The notes: generated by a model from the letters alone, not told the origin. A DNA stretch of 64,000 bases from Eledone cirrhosa (GCA_964016885.1 OZ024758.1:1054001-1118000); one strand, 5' to 3'. Positions 30,140-47,457 are shown, numbered from the stretch's first letter. Program-made: numbers and translations.

Positions 30140-30141
<2 letters not shown>
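29934..30141 (+). mobile_element. Hairpin+tail element family F1
   Basis: Arms of about 60 bp (29934-30060) with GAAACGGCTTGAGCTCAGCTGTC at 30021, the F1 tail, and (TA)n flanks. Confidence 0.85.
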
Positions 30142-30198
<57 letters not shown>

Positions 30199-30472
30199 TA
30201 CATATATTCACACACACATATATATATATACATACATATATATGGGTACATGTATGTGTCTATGTGTCTATGTGTGTATGTTTGTATAACTATAGTAAAA
30301 TATTTAATTGTAAATACGAAAAGAGAAACTATACAAAGTATATTTTTTATCATACACGGGAAGGGGAAATATAAGATAAATATATATCGAACATTTGAAC
30401 AAAATAAAGAAGGAGAACAATTAAAACCTCTAAAAATACAAAACACAAATATGTAATATCATTTAATAACTA

Positions 30473-30560
<88 letters not shown>

Positions 30561-30651
30561 ATGATATTATACTCAGATTTAAATTAGTTGCTAGCTTTAG
30601 GATATGAAGTTTTCTGTGCTTTTTTTGAGGTCTACATGCGTTCGTGTGTAC

Positions 30652-30699
<48 letters not shown>

Positions 30700-32965
30700 G
30701 ATTATGCATGTATATATATATATATGGGAATATCTATCTATATATCTATATATATATGTATACTTGTGCGTATAGATTTAGAAATACTTTAGAAAAACTA
30801 TATACTTTGAACATTTTATTTTATAGGTTTCAGTGTACAAGAATACGTACGCACATTTATACGTCCCTACATACATACATACATACATACATACATACAT
30901 TTTCATGCATACATACATACATATTCATGCATACATACATACATACATTTTCATGCATACATAAATAAATACATACATACTTTCATACATACATACTTTC
31001 ATACATACATACTTTCATACATAAATACTTACATAGATACATAAATACATGAATATATACATTCATGCGTATATATATATATATACATACATACATACTT
31101 ACATACATACATGCATAAATACTTACATACATTAATACATACATACATGTGTATATGCGAACATATATATTGAAAATCACGCTCACATGTATACAAAAAT
31201 GTTGATTTTATTAATTGCTGGTAGTGTTGTAATTGTCATCGACAGTAGTTCATCGTCATCATCATCATTATCAACATCATCATCATCATCGTCATCATCG
31301 TCATCATCATCGTCATCATCATCATTATTGACGTTATTAGACTGGTAGTTAGCGCGAGTTCATCCGTTGCCACAACAATATGACAGGTGAGAGAAGGTGA
31401 GATAATGAGAGAAGAGAATAGGAAGAGACATAGATAGAGAGAGAGGGATAGAGGAAGAGAAAGAGATAGAGAGAGAAGGGTAGAGGAAGAGAAGGAGATA
31501 CAGAGAGAGGGGTAGAGGAATAGAAAGGGATATAGAGAGAGGGATAGAGGAAGAGAAAGATATATAGACATATAGAGGAAGAAGAAGAGAGATAGACTGA
31601 TTGTACAGAGTACGATAGGGCAGAAAAACTGACGGAGCGTGTTCGGGGCGATGGGTTATGGAGTAAAGAGGTTCGCACGTGTGCATTCTTGTATGTCATA
31701 GCTACACGTACACATGTACACATTGAAAACACGCACGCGTCAATATACACAAAGAACACACACATACACACACACAGACCGACACATACACACACAGTCA
31801 GACACACATGCACACACACACACGTGCACACACGTGCAAAAACGTTACTTTTTTTCCTTGTATTGTAAAGAACCATGTATTCTTTCTCATTATCAACGTC
31901 GCCACCTTCATAATTATCATCATCATCGCCATCGTCTTCAACATCATTCTTGACTTTATATATATATTTGTTAGTTTTCCATTTGTTGTTCTTTTTCTCC
32001 CATGCTCCAACCCCCACATAACCATTTTAAAAATTACTCTTAGCCCCACAACCCGGTCGCCATATTGTTATTACTGTTTCTATATTTTTGTTCCTTTTAA
32101 TATTGTTACATTTTTCTGTAAAACACTTTAAATTGTTACTTCGTTTTTTTCTTGATTTTTTTTCTTTCAAATATTGTCTATTCTTCACAAATTGATTTGA
32201 CCAAAAATAAAACTCCTTACAGATTTTGGCCAAACTAAAAGTCCTTACAAAAGTCATGATAGATCCTCCTCCAATTTCGACAATAACCAATTAGTTTATC
32301 AATCAACCGAACCTTGTCACTGGTTAAATTAACTTTTATGTGCTTGAGAATATTCTAGAGACGTACGAACTGTTAACGAAATATTCATTCAAGCGTCTCA
32401 TTGTACTTAACAAAATGTTTTGAATTTTACGAAGAATTCTTCTTACAAGGCTTCCATACAATTTCCGTCTACGAAGTTTCCATAACAAAGCATGTGTCAA
32501 CAAACTACCAACCTCTAAATACCCAAACGGAGAGTACCATGAAAAAGAGCCCCAAAATGAAAAGAAATGAGTCAAAATGGAGAGATTTTACATAATGAAA
32601 GCTATACCCATTTTCACAAGAGAAGACATCTCTCACCCACCTCGAAGTGGATGGGAGATCTCCCCGTCCGACGGGGAGAGTTGACAGGTATACCAGTGCT
32701 ACTGTAAATATACTAAGATGCCACAACCAGTAGTATCGAACAACGGACTACAAATTTGGTTCTTCACACAGTCATACCTAAACGTTCAACGTATAAAAAG
32801 GTAACTGCGAAAATCGAAATAAATAAACAGAAAAGAAAACCCTGACACACACGCATGCGCACTTACATTAATACAGTTTACAATAATGATACAGAATTCT
32901 CAGCTACCCACAGTCACAGGCATACAGACAACCACCCCTCCACACATACACACACACACATACCA

Positions 32966-32996
<31 letters not shown>

Positions 32997-33110
32997 TGAA
33001 AAACATGTGTGTGTGTGTGTGTGTTTGTTTGACCTGTGTGGTATTAGATATTGCATGGGCTAATACTGGCCGTATCTGATCAAAGTTATCAAAGTTATAT
33101 ATATATATAT

Positions 33111-33359
33111 TATTCAAAATATTAATAAATGAAAAATATTCCCATAATCAAAATATATATTTTATTATAGATATTTCAAAGGTACAATGGTGTTTAAGTA
33201 CGTTTTCATCAGATACAATATATAAGATTTGATATGCGACATACCGCTACGGTTTTGATTATTCAATTCCAACAGTGGCAGAAAATATTTTGTCGAGTGC
33301 TTCTAATCCATTGTAAAATTGTATTCGTTGAATAATCAACGAACCATATAAATCTTTGG

Positions 33360-33361
<2 letters not shown>
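33111..33361. mobile_element. Family F5 element with a minus-strand hammerhead-like motif (33166-33212)
   Basis: The minus strand reads CTGATGA-AAACGTAC...GTACCTTT-GAAA-TATCTATA. Homologous to 60995-61290. Confidence 0.7.
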
Positions 33362-33402
<41 letters not shown>

Positions 33403-33618
33403 GTATACACACTTTGATTACCTGTACAGGCAATATTTATTTGAAAGGTATCGAAGTGTGTATACATTTTTGGGGACAACCTGTATATATATATATATAT
33501 ATATATATACATTGAGTGAGAAAGAGAGAGTCAGATAGTATATAACGGTATTACGTAATATTTATTTGTGTTACCCTTGGTAACGAACAGGAGACGAGAT
33601 GAGAGATGAGATATAAGT

Positions 33619-33650
<32 letters not shown>

Positions 33651-34178
33651 GACGAGATGAGAGACAGAGAGAGACGAGATGAGAGAGTGAGAGAGTTAGA
33701 GAGAGAGAGAAGAAAGGGTGGGGAAAAGGGGGGGGGGGGACAATGAACTTAAATATAGCATCAACAGCTTCATCCAGCATCAAATGAGATTTAACATGCA
33801 TGAAGTATAATATGGATTGCTGTTATTTATGGATAAAGTATTGGGTGAGGAGAGAGAGTGAGAGGGAGAGAGGGAGGAGGGAGGGAAAGAGAGTAAAGAA
33901 AGAATAGAGGGGAGGGGGAGGAGAAAGATAGAAAGTAATATATATATATTGAGAGAGAGAGGGGGAAGGTAAGGCACTAAGAAAGTGAGAGAGAGAGAGA
34001 GAGAGAGAGTGGAGGGGGCACAGTTGGCTTCGTTGTTTCTCAGGATATATATATTCATGTACACACACACACATACATACACACACACAATATATATACG
34101 TATAAATACACGTATATATATACATACGTATATTATATATATATATATATACAAATATGTATGTGTTTATATATGTGC

Positions 34179-34244
<66 letters not shown>

Positions 34245-34855
34245 AATAGTTTTGAAAAGTACGATTAAGCGCGAAACACGCTGGTATAGATTCACGGCTG
34301 TAATAAAATATACATCATTCATCGCTCCACGTGAATCCAGATTTACACAACGATACGTATATAACATAATATAAATTATATGATATATATGTGTGTGTAT
34401 ATATGACTACTTGTATGTGTGTGTATATACAACTGTGGGGAAGAATATTGCAGACATTAGATGATTCATTAAATGTATATGTGTGTGGGAAAGATATTTA
34501 GCATACTAACATTCTTTCAAGCAAAGGCAAACACACATATATATATACATATACTCAAACATTCATACATATATATACATATACTCAAACATTCATACAT
34601 ATACTCAAGCATTCATACATATATATACATATACTCAAACATTCATACATATATATACAAATATGTATAATCATTAATTAATACACATGTATATACACAT
34701 TTTATACGTACACATATTTACAAATACACAGAAGAACATGTATATTTCTGTGTGTGTGTATAAATATATATATATATATATATCATACTCTCCTCTGTAA
34801 GAGCATAGAGTGCTCAACCGGCATACCGCCTATGGAAGCATCTTAGCTACCATCA

Positions 34856-34900
<45 letters not shown>

Positions 34901-35020
34901 ACACACATATATATATATATATACACACAGTTATTGATCTATGTAAGTTTACAAACTGAAAACAGCTGGGGATAGGCATTTAAGTAAATATTCTCTCTAT
35001 CTGATAGTTTATAAACTTAC

Positions 35021-35114
<94 letters not shown>

Positions 35115-35169
35115 AGAGATGGAGAGAGAGAGAGATAGATAGATAGATATACACATATATATATATATT

Positions 35170-35210
<41 letters not shown>

Positions 35211-35548
35211 CTGTGTGTATGTGTCTGTATGTATGTATGTATGTGTGTATGTAGTTTAGTGATAATGGTATTCAATAAACGTTCAGTTATATCTGGTGAC
35301 AGGTTGTGACTGAACATTATATTTTATTCCTCGTTCATTCAGCTGGCATAAAAAAAAACAATAGTTATACCAGTAATTCGAAGGTGCTGCCTTACTACAT
35401 TTTGTGTCACGCTGAATCTCCCTAAGAGCAATATTGAAGATACACGTGTCTGTCGAATGCATAGGTACTTGCACCTTAATCTCATTAACATTTCCGTTGA
35501 TCTCACCAACTGATATCCATATTGATAAGTGACCAAGGGCCAGTCTAT

Positions 35549-35582
<34 letters not shown>

Positions 35583-35637
35583 TATACATATATATATATA
35601 TGTAGATAAATCTACCAAATATATATATATTTATATA

Positions 35638-35715
35638 TAGGGTGTCCCACAAAAGTTTATACAGACTTCAACAGCATTCTTATCAAAGTGTGTATACATT
35701 TTTGGGGATATCCTG
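35638..35715 (-). mobile_element. Tc1/mariner-type MITE
   Basis: Reverse-orientation homologue of 17030-17106. Confidence 0.7.
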
Positions 35716-35942
35716 TATGTGTATATATATATATTCAACATCTTCATAGTAATAAATATTGCACTATACGCACACGTATTGAGTGCTGTATCCAGCGAAT
35801 ATTTTAATGTTACTATGAAAAAATTCTTATAAAACTGACGCGTAGATATATGTTGAAACACATCTTCATGTGTTTATTTACAGCCACATGTTACATATAT
35901 GACCTCCCCCCCACACACACACATATATATATATACATGTAT

Positions 35943-35974
<32 letters not shown>

Positions 35975-36047
35975 TCATACGCACACACACATATATACAC
36001 AGGAGAACGCGTACAAATTAATACATGCGCATAAAAAAGAACACACA

Positions 36048-36093
<46 letters not shown>

Positions 36094-36112
36094 TAAATAT
36101 ATGTAAAATACA

Positions 36113-36143
<31 letters not shown>

Positions 36144-36360
36144 ATATATGTAAATACATTTACATATATATATATTTATATATATATATATGCATATATA
36201 CAAATATACATACATTCTTATGTATCTCACTATATTTATATGTGTACATACACACACAGACACACACATATATATATATATATATGCATACATATACATA
36301 CATATATATATATACATACACATATATACATATATATATATATATGTATATATATATATG

Positions 36361-36424
<64 letters not shown>

Positions 36425-36490
36425 TATTTAAATGAAAAGTATAGAAATTATTTTACCAAGAATATATATATATTTCTATATATATATATT

Positions 36491-36547
<57 letters not shown>

Positions 36548-36580
36548 TTATATATATATTTATATATAAATATATATATA

Positions 36581-36647
<67 letters not shown>

Positions 36648-36904
36648 CATATATATATATGTTTCTGGCAGTATTTTGTCAACCATGTAATCTTCCAATC
36701 TATCTCCCTCTTTTTACCCTCGACGTTCTACTTTCTCACCAAACTATTTCTCTGTTATAATGTGTTGTCGTATAACTATATTTACTTTGTATTTCTCGTA
36801 AGAGTCATGCTTCAATAATATTGATCTGTAGATATACGAATATTCCTATCACATTGGCAATCTTGAAAAAAAGAAGTCCCCCCGCTCTCTCTCTCTGCCC
36901 CCTC

Positions 36905-36947
<43 letters not shown>

Positions 36948-37055
36948 CACCCACGCACACACACCACACACACACATACAAATATATATATATGAATTTA
37001 TATATACATATATACATATATATATATATACATGTATAAATATATAAATATATAA

Positions 37056-37103
<48 letters not shown>

Positions 37104-37253
37104 CTGTATGTGGGGTCTGTGTGTGTGTGAGAGCTTGTGCTTGTGCGTGGTTTGCAACGATGTAGTTATGGGTTCATAGTGTTTTCTATTATAGCGCTGG
37201 GTTGGGAAAGGTTTGTCGTGTGGGATCTGGTAGACGGACGTTGTAGAAGCCTG

Positions 37254-37319
<66 letters not shown>

Positions 37320-37378
37320 TGAAAGATAACGTTAACTGTTATCCCTTAATATATAATAATATATGTATATATACATAT

Positions 37379-37557
37379 AATTGTTTCTACTTTTGGCACA
37401 AGGCCAGCAATAACCCAAAACATTACTGGTACTTTATTTTCTCGACCCCGTAAGGATGAAAGGAAAAGTTAACCTCGGGATTTGAACTCAGAATGGCAAG
37501 GGCCGTAACTCTGAGTCAAAGCATGGCGTCCGACCCTCTACAGATACTGCCAATTCA

Positions 37558-37560
<3 letters not shown>
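37379..37560 (-). mobile_element. tRNA-SINE family A
   Basis: Near full-length homologue. Confidence 0.88.
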
Positions 37561-37627
<67 letters not shown>

Positions 37628-37647
37628 CACACATATATATATGTTAC

Positions 37648-37689
<42 letters not shown>

Positions 37690-37773
37690 GTTACATATAT
37701 ATATATATACATATATATATATATGTTATATATATATATATATATATATGGTTACATATATATATATATATGT

Positions 37774-37826
<53 letters not shown>

Positions 37827-38363
37827 ATTTGTATACAAATACGTTACATATATATATCTATACATACATATATATTCCGTTATGCCCATACAGGAAGAAC
37901 ATAGTATCATCTACACATATATATTTATGGGTGTCTAACTATAGGCATTCATATTTTTATAACTGCACATGATGCATATCTATACAACCTACATTTACAT
38001 ACACATTGTCGTTTGCAATTCTCTTCTCCTCTCTCTATATATCTATCTCCCTCTATATATCTATCTATTATGTTTATATCTATCTATTATGTTTATATCT
38101 ATCTATTATGTTTCTTTGTCCTTTGTGTCTCACTCAACACAATGCCGATGAAATTCTATAATCTTTATCATTTCTATACAAGTGTTCAGGCGGGAAATTG
38201 TTACCTAATTTCATTTTAACCTAATCCCATCAAACAGATCGAATTATTACTTGAAATATATTGAATTATAAATACCATATATTGACATCCATTCACCTTT
38301 AATTCAATGGATGTTATGCTAAAATTTGTCGGGTATTTTATATATATATATATATATATATAT

Positions 38364-38638
<275 letters not shown>

Positions 38639-38773
38639 TATATATATATATATTGTGTGTGTATATATATATATATATAGACCGAGTATCGTGGTGGATA
38701 AGGTGTATGATTCAACGTAGCGGCCGATTTCAAGGCATCTTCGCACAGAGAACACCACTCGGTGTAATATATA

Positions 38774-40655
<1,882 letters not shown>

Positions 40656-40742
40656 TTTGTGCCAAAAAGTAGCAACAATTATATTTTATTATATTATATT
40701 ATATTATAATATAACAAAATTTAACGGAATTTTATTTTGATG

Positions 40743-40842
40743 TGTTAACTTAGCCTTTCATCCTTACGGGGGTCGATAAAATAAAGTACTACTAATACAC
40801 TGGGTAATTGCTGGCCTTGTGCCAAAAGTAGAAACAATTATA
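40743..40842 (+). mobile_element. tRNA-SINE family A, 3' half
   Basis: Core and tail match family A. Confidence 0.8.
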
Positions 40843-41166
40843 TTATATTATATTATAATATAACAAAATTTAACGGAATTATTTAGATGTGTTAAAAAGT
40901 TTCATATATAAGAGACATGATAATCTTGAAAATGATATTATTGAATTTCTATTTCGGCATTTATATATAAATATACAAGGTGCTTAAAAACCTTTGATGT
41001 CGTTTGAGATGTAAATATCCCAGAAACTGTATAAGGGTATGCTTAAAGTTGAAAAATATAACAGTTACATGTATATTAAAAAAATAACAGTTACATGTAT
41101 ATTAAGCATTGAATGCTTAAAACTATTTATATCGTTTAAGATGTTCCCAAGTTTTTCACACGCACG

Positions 41167-41204
<38 letters not shown>

Positions 41205-41790
41205 TTGCGAATTAAGTTTATAATTTTGATAAGTTTTGAGGAATAAATCTTATATTACTCATCATGTATATATATATACTGGTTTTTACCGCTTCCATTC
41301 TGGTATATATATATATATCTATATCTATATATATATATATATATATAGCAGAATGGAAGCGGTAAAAACCATTACTCACCAAAGTAGAACCGGGAATTCG
41401 GGACCCCGAGGGCAGTATCTCAGCCGTCGGCGTGCCGAATATATATATAACAGAGCAAAATTATATTCCATTAATTTTCATATTCTAATAAAAATATATA
41501 TTTTGTGCCTGATATTCTAAAATAAATATTCTAGTTTAAACCAAATTTTCGTCCTTTTAGAGGTACTTCGATAAGTTGTAAATTATATTAAAGTATTTCC
41601 TCATAACAATTATAATTAGCGACAACAAACATTTTCTGAAAGAAATTTCTAAAGAAAGTATTTTCTTTTAGAGTTTTCTCATCAAGTGTAATTTCAAACA
41701 TATGCCTCTGAATTATAACTAAGGAATATATATCATGCAATTATTTAGATAGAAATGTTTGTTTAAGATTCTATAAAGGAACTAATAAAC

Positions 41791-41856
<66 letters not shown>

Positions 41857-42526
41857 CTATGTACATGTATATGCATGGATGTAGATATATAAATAGATAT
41901 ATATGCATGAGATATACGCATATACATTCATTCATACAAACATATATACATACATACATGCATACATATGTACACACATATATTCATGCATACATAAATA
42001 CATACGCATATAGATACATACATACATTTATACATACATATGTAAATACACCCATTTATTCTTACGTATATAAGTACATACATACATGTATACATACATA
42101 CATTTATACATACGTATATAAATAGATACATACATTTATACATACGTATATAAATAGATACATACATTTATAGATACGTATATAAATATATACATACATT
42201 TATACATATATAAATACATACATACATTTATATTTACATTCATACATACATACACAATGCAGAGGCTAGCAATATAAAAAAAACTGCTCATGTTATATAA
42301 GTATGTATACACTCTCTTGCTATATCAAGTATACACAGTTAGAAACTATTAAAGATAAATCGATATCAATCTTGGTGTATTCATGATGTTAATGTGGTCA
42401 AAATCCAAGCATTGCTTCCGGCGTACATACCACACATGTGTTTTTATAGACAATAAACACATTAACATACACACACACGTTTTATATGTAGGTGTATGGA
42501 TATGTGTATAAATCTTTCTGTGTACA

Positions 42527-42572
<46 letters not shown>

Positions 42573-42631
42573 TATATACCATCAAACACACACAAACATA
42601 TATATATATACCTACACACGCACACACACAC

Positions 42632-42674
<43 letters not shown>

Positions 42675-42773
42675 CACACACACACACGTATATATATATA
42701 TATATATATATACGTGTGTGTGTGTATGTATATATATATATACATACACACACACACGTATATATATATATAC

Positions 42774-42810
<37 letters not shown>

Positions 42811-42868
42811 GAACTGTTTCATTCATATGAACTAATCAGCAGTGTCAATACAATATAAAATATAATGC

Positions 42869-42926
<58 letters not shown>

Positions 42927-43583
42927 GATATATTAACAAATGGAAACTATATTTATAAAACCATATTTATATATATATGCGCGTGCGTGTGTGTACATGA
43001 AATTATATTTCATAGCTTTTGCATATGGAAACCTTTAGCTACAACTATATGCAACGTATTTATATGCACTATCATATTTTATGTACCCATGTGTTTTTTC
43101 CGTATATGTTTGTGTGAGAAAGAGACAGAGAGGGAGGAAAGTGTGAGAGTGAGAGAGAAACAGAGAGGGGGGAAAGTGTGAGAGTGAGAGAGGGGAGAGG
43201 GAGGTTTCTGCGTTTTTATGCGAATACGTATATACGAAATCATAGCCACTGTAGTATTTATAATTTTTCAGATTAACCTCGTTGTTGGAAAGGAAAGTTG
43301 TATTTGCGTCACATTTTGAATGGTTTACCCTACGATCGTCTGTATGTGTTATATTCTTACATATAAGAATATTAAGGCTGCTTTTATCGTAATGTCATCC
43401 CTAATCGGGCAGGCTTGTATCTCAAAAGTATTCCATTTGTGACTAACTTAAATCAGGGGAGTTTGTACCCATGAACATATCTTCTAGAACAGTCGAAAGG
43501 GGTTTGAAGCAGATTTCGATGCTATTTTGAAGTCAAATTTATCACGTCGCCTTTTCAAACGCCATTTTATTTTATCCCTTTAA

Positions 43584-43803
43584 CCCTTTAGCATTTAAAC
43601 CGGCCTTATCCGGCCAGAATTTCCTCACCTCTTTCTCTTCAAACCAGCCATAACCAGCAGATCATACTTATTTTAAGGTATTGTTCTCAAAATACATAAT
43701 ATCAAAATCTTGTAGATTCAATATTATGTGATATAATAATTTAAAATAAAGCCTTTACCATGAAAATACAATAGTAAATATTGAGTAATGTAAATGTTAA
43801 GGG
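43584..43803. mobile_element. piggyBac-type MITE, 220 bp
   Basis: TTAA|CCCTTTAGCATTTA...TAAATGTTAAGGG|TTAA gives TTAA TSDs and CCC...GGG imperfect TIRs. Confidence 0.8.
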
Positions 43804-44079
43804 TTAATCAATAAATTCACAGGACTTTCTTGTAACATTAATGTTAATTTATACAATTCACTACTCACACACACACCTATATATTTATACACATATTCGG
43901 GGGTTGGGAAAGGGTTAGATAGCACACCCACATGCACACAGAGTCAGCCACATTTAAAGAAGGTTTGAGAAATACTGAACAGATTAAGAGATATATTATC
44001 TCAAATTGTTTGATCTGCTTAAGTTTGAAAACATATGGTAGCCTAACAATGTTACATAATTTCGTTATTACGTAAATAT

Positions 44080-44129
<50 letters not shown>

Positions 44130-44233
44130 AGCCATACTAACACACAAACACACATATGACTATATGTCATCATCATCATCGTTTAACTTCTATCTTCCAC
44201 GCTAGCATGGGTTTATATATATATATATATATA

Positions 44234-44407
44234 GTTCAAGAATAGATAAGACAAACACAGAGATGCAAAAACACACTTTCTTTAAAGTTCCTTCGTTTTT
44301 CGAAACTTCGTTGTTTCAACTTCAACTTATTCTCTCTCTGAACCTGCTATTTCCCGAAGAAGGACATACGTCCGAAGTTTCGAAAAACGAAGGAACTTTA
44401 AAGAAAG
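44234..44407. mobile_element. Hairpin+tail element with variant hammerhead-like motif
   Basis: Perfect IR of about 35 bp, CTTTCTTTAAAGTTCCTTCGTTTTTCGAAACTTCG and its reverse complement. The plus strand reads CCGAAGA-A-GGAC-ATAC-GTCC-GAAG-TTTCGAAA. Confidence 0.7.
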
Positions 44408-44494
44408 CATGCTGATGATGATGATGATGATGGCGTTTAGCTCCATGTCAGATCTGATCGAGCCAACGTAGAGTCAATAATGTCTTTGTTCAAA

Positions 44495-45203
44495 TAATTG
44501 TTTCTACTTTTGGCACAAGGCCAGCAATTATCCCAGTGTATTACTGGTACTTTATTTTATTGACCCCGTAGAGATGAAAGGCAAAGTTAACCTCGGCGGG
44601 ATTTGAACTCAGACCATAAAGGGCCGTAACTCTTTGCTGCAAAGCATGGCGTCTGACCCTCTACCGATACTGCCATAATTGTTAGGTTTAAGAGATGAAA
44701 AAAAAATACAATATTATTTGTTACCATTTTTTATGGCTCGGTCTCAAAACCTGCGACGGTAAATTTGGACCTTTTATCATTTCAGTATTGATAAGATAAA
44801 GAATAATACTAACACTAATACTAACACTAATACTAACAATAATTGTTTCTACTTTAGGCACAAGGCCAGAAATTACCCAGTACATTACTGGTACTTTATT
44901 TTATCGACCCCGTAAGGATGAAAGGCAAAGTTAACCTCGGCGGGATTTGAACTCAGAATGGCAAGGGCCGTAACTCTATACGTCAACGCATGGCGTCCGA
45001 CCCTCTACCGATACTACTAACAATAATTGTTTCTGCTTTTGGCACAAGGCCAGCAATTACCCAGTGTATTACTGGTACTTTATTTTATCGACCCCGTAAG
45101 GATGAAAGGCAAAGTTAACCTCGGCAGGATTTGAACTCAGATCGTAAAGGGCCGTAACTCTATGATGCTAAGCATGGTGTCCGACTCTCTACCGATACTG
45201 CCA
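44495..45203 (-). mobile_element. Cluster of three tRNA-SINE family A copies (44495-44675, 44839-45016, 45023-45203)
   Basis: Three near-identical units; the last two are head-to-tail. Confidence 0.9.
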
Positions 45204-45808
45204 ACAATAATACTAACAATAATACTAAAAATAATAGAAGCTAAATTATCAAAGAAACAAATATAGTAAATAGACAAAGAATAAAGAAATGAATAAATAA
45301 AATAAATAAATAAATAAATGAATAAATAAACAAATGAATAAATAAACAAATAAATGAATAAATAAATAAACAAATGAATAAATAAATAAATAATAAATAA
45401 ATAAATGAATGGAAGTTCGCTAATTCCTTCTAATGAGCGAAACACGAAAGAACTGTTATACCGTGCCCTAGCTTAAGTCGGATCACATAACATTAGAAAG
45501 ACATCATTCCTCTTGTATACTCTCCCTACACCTCATAATCTCTCACCTCACTCACCCTCTCGTTCTCTGTCTTTTCTCTCACCCCTCTCTCTCTCTAGGT
45601 GATTACTAACCGGGCGACCACCCAAACCAAGCCAAACGGAGGTCCCTGTCAACAGACTAGTTAAATCCACTGGGACAACGGCGTAGTTGATGTCGGCTTA
45701 TTGCTATTGCTTGTTATGATAATGATGGTGGTGGTGGCGATGGTGGTGGTGGGGGTGCTGATGGAGGTAGTATTGTGGTGTTAGTGATGGTGTGTATATA
45801 TATATATA

Positions 45809-45987
45809 GGAACGAGTAGGACCCCGACGGCTGAGCTCAAGCCGTTTCGACGGCTAATTCTGGACGTCGAAACGGCTTGAGCTCAGCCGTCGGGGTCCTA
45901 CTCGTTCCTATCACCCACTCTACTACCCTAAGTATTGAGTAATTTGGTGCGTTATGGTCCATCTGGTTCCTTACCACATTTCCTTCG

Positions 45988-45989
<2 letters not shown>
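45809..45989 (+). mobile_element. Hairpin+tail element family F1
   Basis: Arms 45809-45908 with GAAAC-GGCT-TGAGCTC-AGCC-GTC at 45869-45891, then the F1 tail. Confidence 0.85.
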
Positions 45990-46017
<28 letters not shown>

Positions 46018-46021
<4 letters not shown>

Positions 46022-46296
46022 TAATAAAAATAATGAATAAAAACAAAGAAATAGTTCCTTATATTAAAAAATATATTTTTTAATATGTTTTAATATAAGG
46101 AACTTATATTTTTTATATTTTTTAATATAAAGAACTATTTCTTTGTTTTTATTCATTATTTTTATTAATTTATCTTGACTCTGTTTTCTTGTGTTTTTCA
46201 TCGAAAAAATTTTGAATACATCTTCTCTTTTCGTGATATTTGGATTACATTGAGTTCTTCATACGAATTGGACACTACCATATATTTTGGTAAATT

Positions 46297-46299
<3 letters not shown>
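46018..46299 (+). mobile_element. Hairpin+tail element family F8
   Basis: AT-rich hairpin plus tail ...GGATTACATTGAGTTCTTCATACG.ATTGGACACTACC. An opposite-orientation copy lies at 56938-57179. Confidence 0.75.
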
Positions 46300-46366
<67 letters not shown>

Positions 46367-46371
46367 TTTAA

Positions 46372-46527
46372 TATAGAAAAGCTTCTACAAGACTAGAACT
46401 GTTTCATTCGTGTGATATATATGTTTATCCCGGTTCCAATCGGGGGCAACCGCAGAAAGTAAGGTACTTAATACATAGCAGAGTATAAATATCTGATCTA
46501 GTCATGTAGAAGCGATTTCTATATTAA
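46372..46527. mobile_element. Family F3 element, rearranged
   Basis: Contains CTACAAGACTAGAACTGTTTCATTC and the reverse complement of the 60896-60976 tail (AAGTAAGGTACT.AATACAT.GCAGAGTATAAA). Confidence 0.65.
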
Positions 46528-46556
46528 ATAAATAAATAAATATATATACATATATG

Positions 46557-46614
<58 letters not shown>

Positions 46615-47250
46615 TTGAGGAAGATTTAGGCTGCTATATTTAGCATGTTGTGCAACCCGTTAGAGTCTCCCCTGTCGACAAGAATCTATATCAGTGATCG
46701 TGATAGTAGAGAATACCGGATTAAATGATTTAAGATATTTAGTCATGACACTCTACACACTGGGTTCAAATCCCTAGGGGTCCCTCAGTATCATATAGAA
46801 TACTGGGATCTATTCAAGGACTTATATCACATTGCTGTATATTTATGGCCTTTTATAAACGCTGTAGATCAATAGATTCCTCATGGGTCTTGTATTGTAT
46901 ATACACCAGGACGAAATACGCACACAACATCTCATAAACATACACACGTACACACACATATAAAAAGCTGCTAACACACAGGCATTCGCATACATATACA
47001 CACATGGATTAATATACATATATAGATGAACACACACACACTTACACACACAGCACTTACATACACATAAAGTGCCGCTGGTACATGAATCAATCAGTAA
47101 CGTAGTCTATGCATTTCCTTCCAATACGGAACTCGTGCAAACAGCACACACAAACACACTACTACATGTGTGTATGACATATATATATTATATATGTTTG
47201 TGTGTGAGTGTGTGGGTGTGTGGATTTTGGTCATTGTATCTATTATTACT

Positions 47251-47299
<49 letters not shown>

Positions 47300-47409
47300 A
47301 ATGAAAAAATAGAGTTACAGATTCGCGTTAATCCCTGTAATTTAATGAGCTCAAAATATAAGTACTGGATTCTTTATAATATAATATATAGAAAGGAACA
47401 CACAAAAAA

Positions 47410-47457
<48 letters not shown>

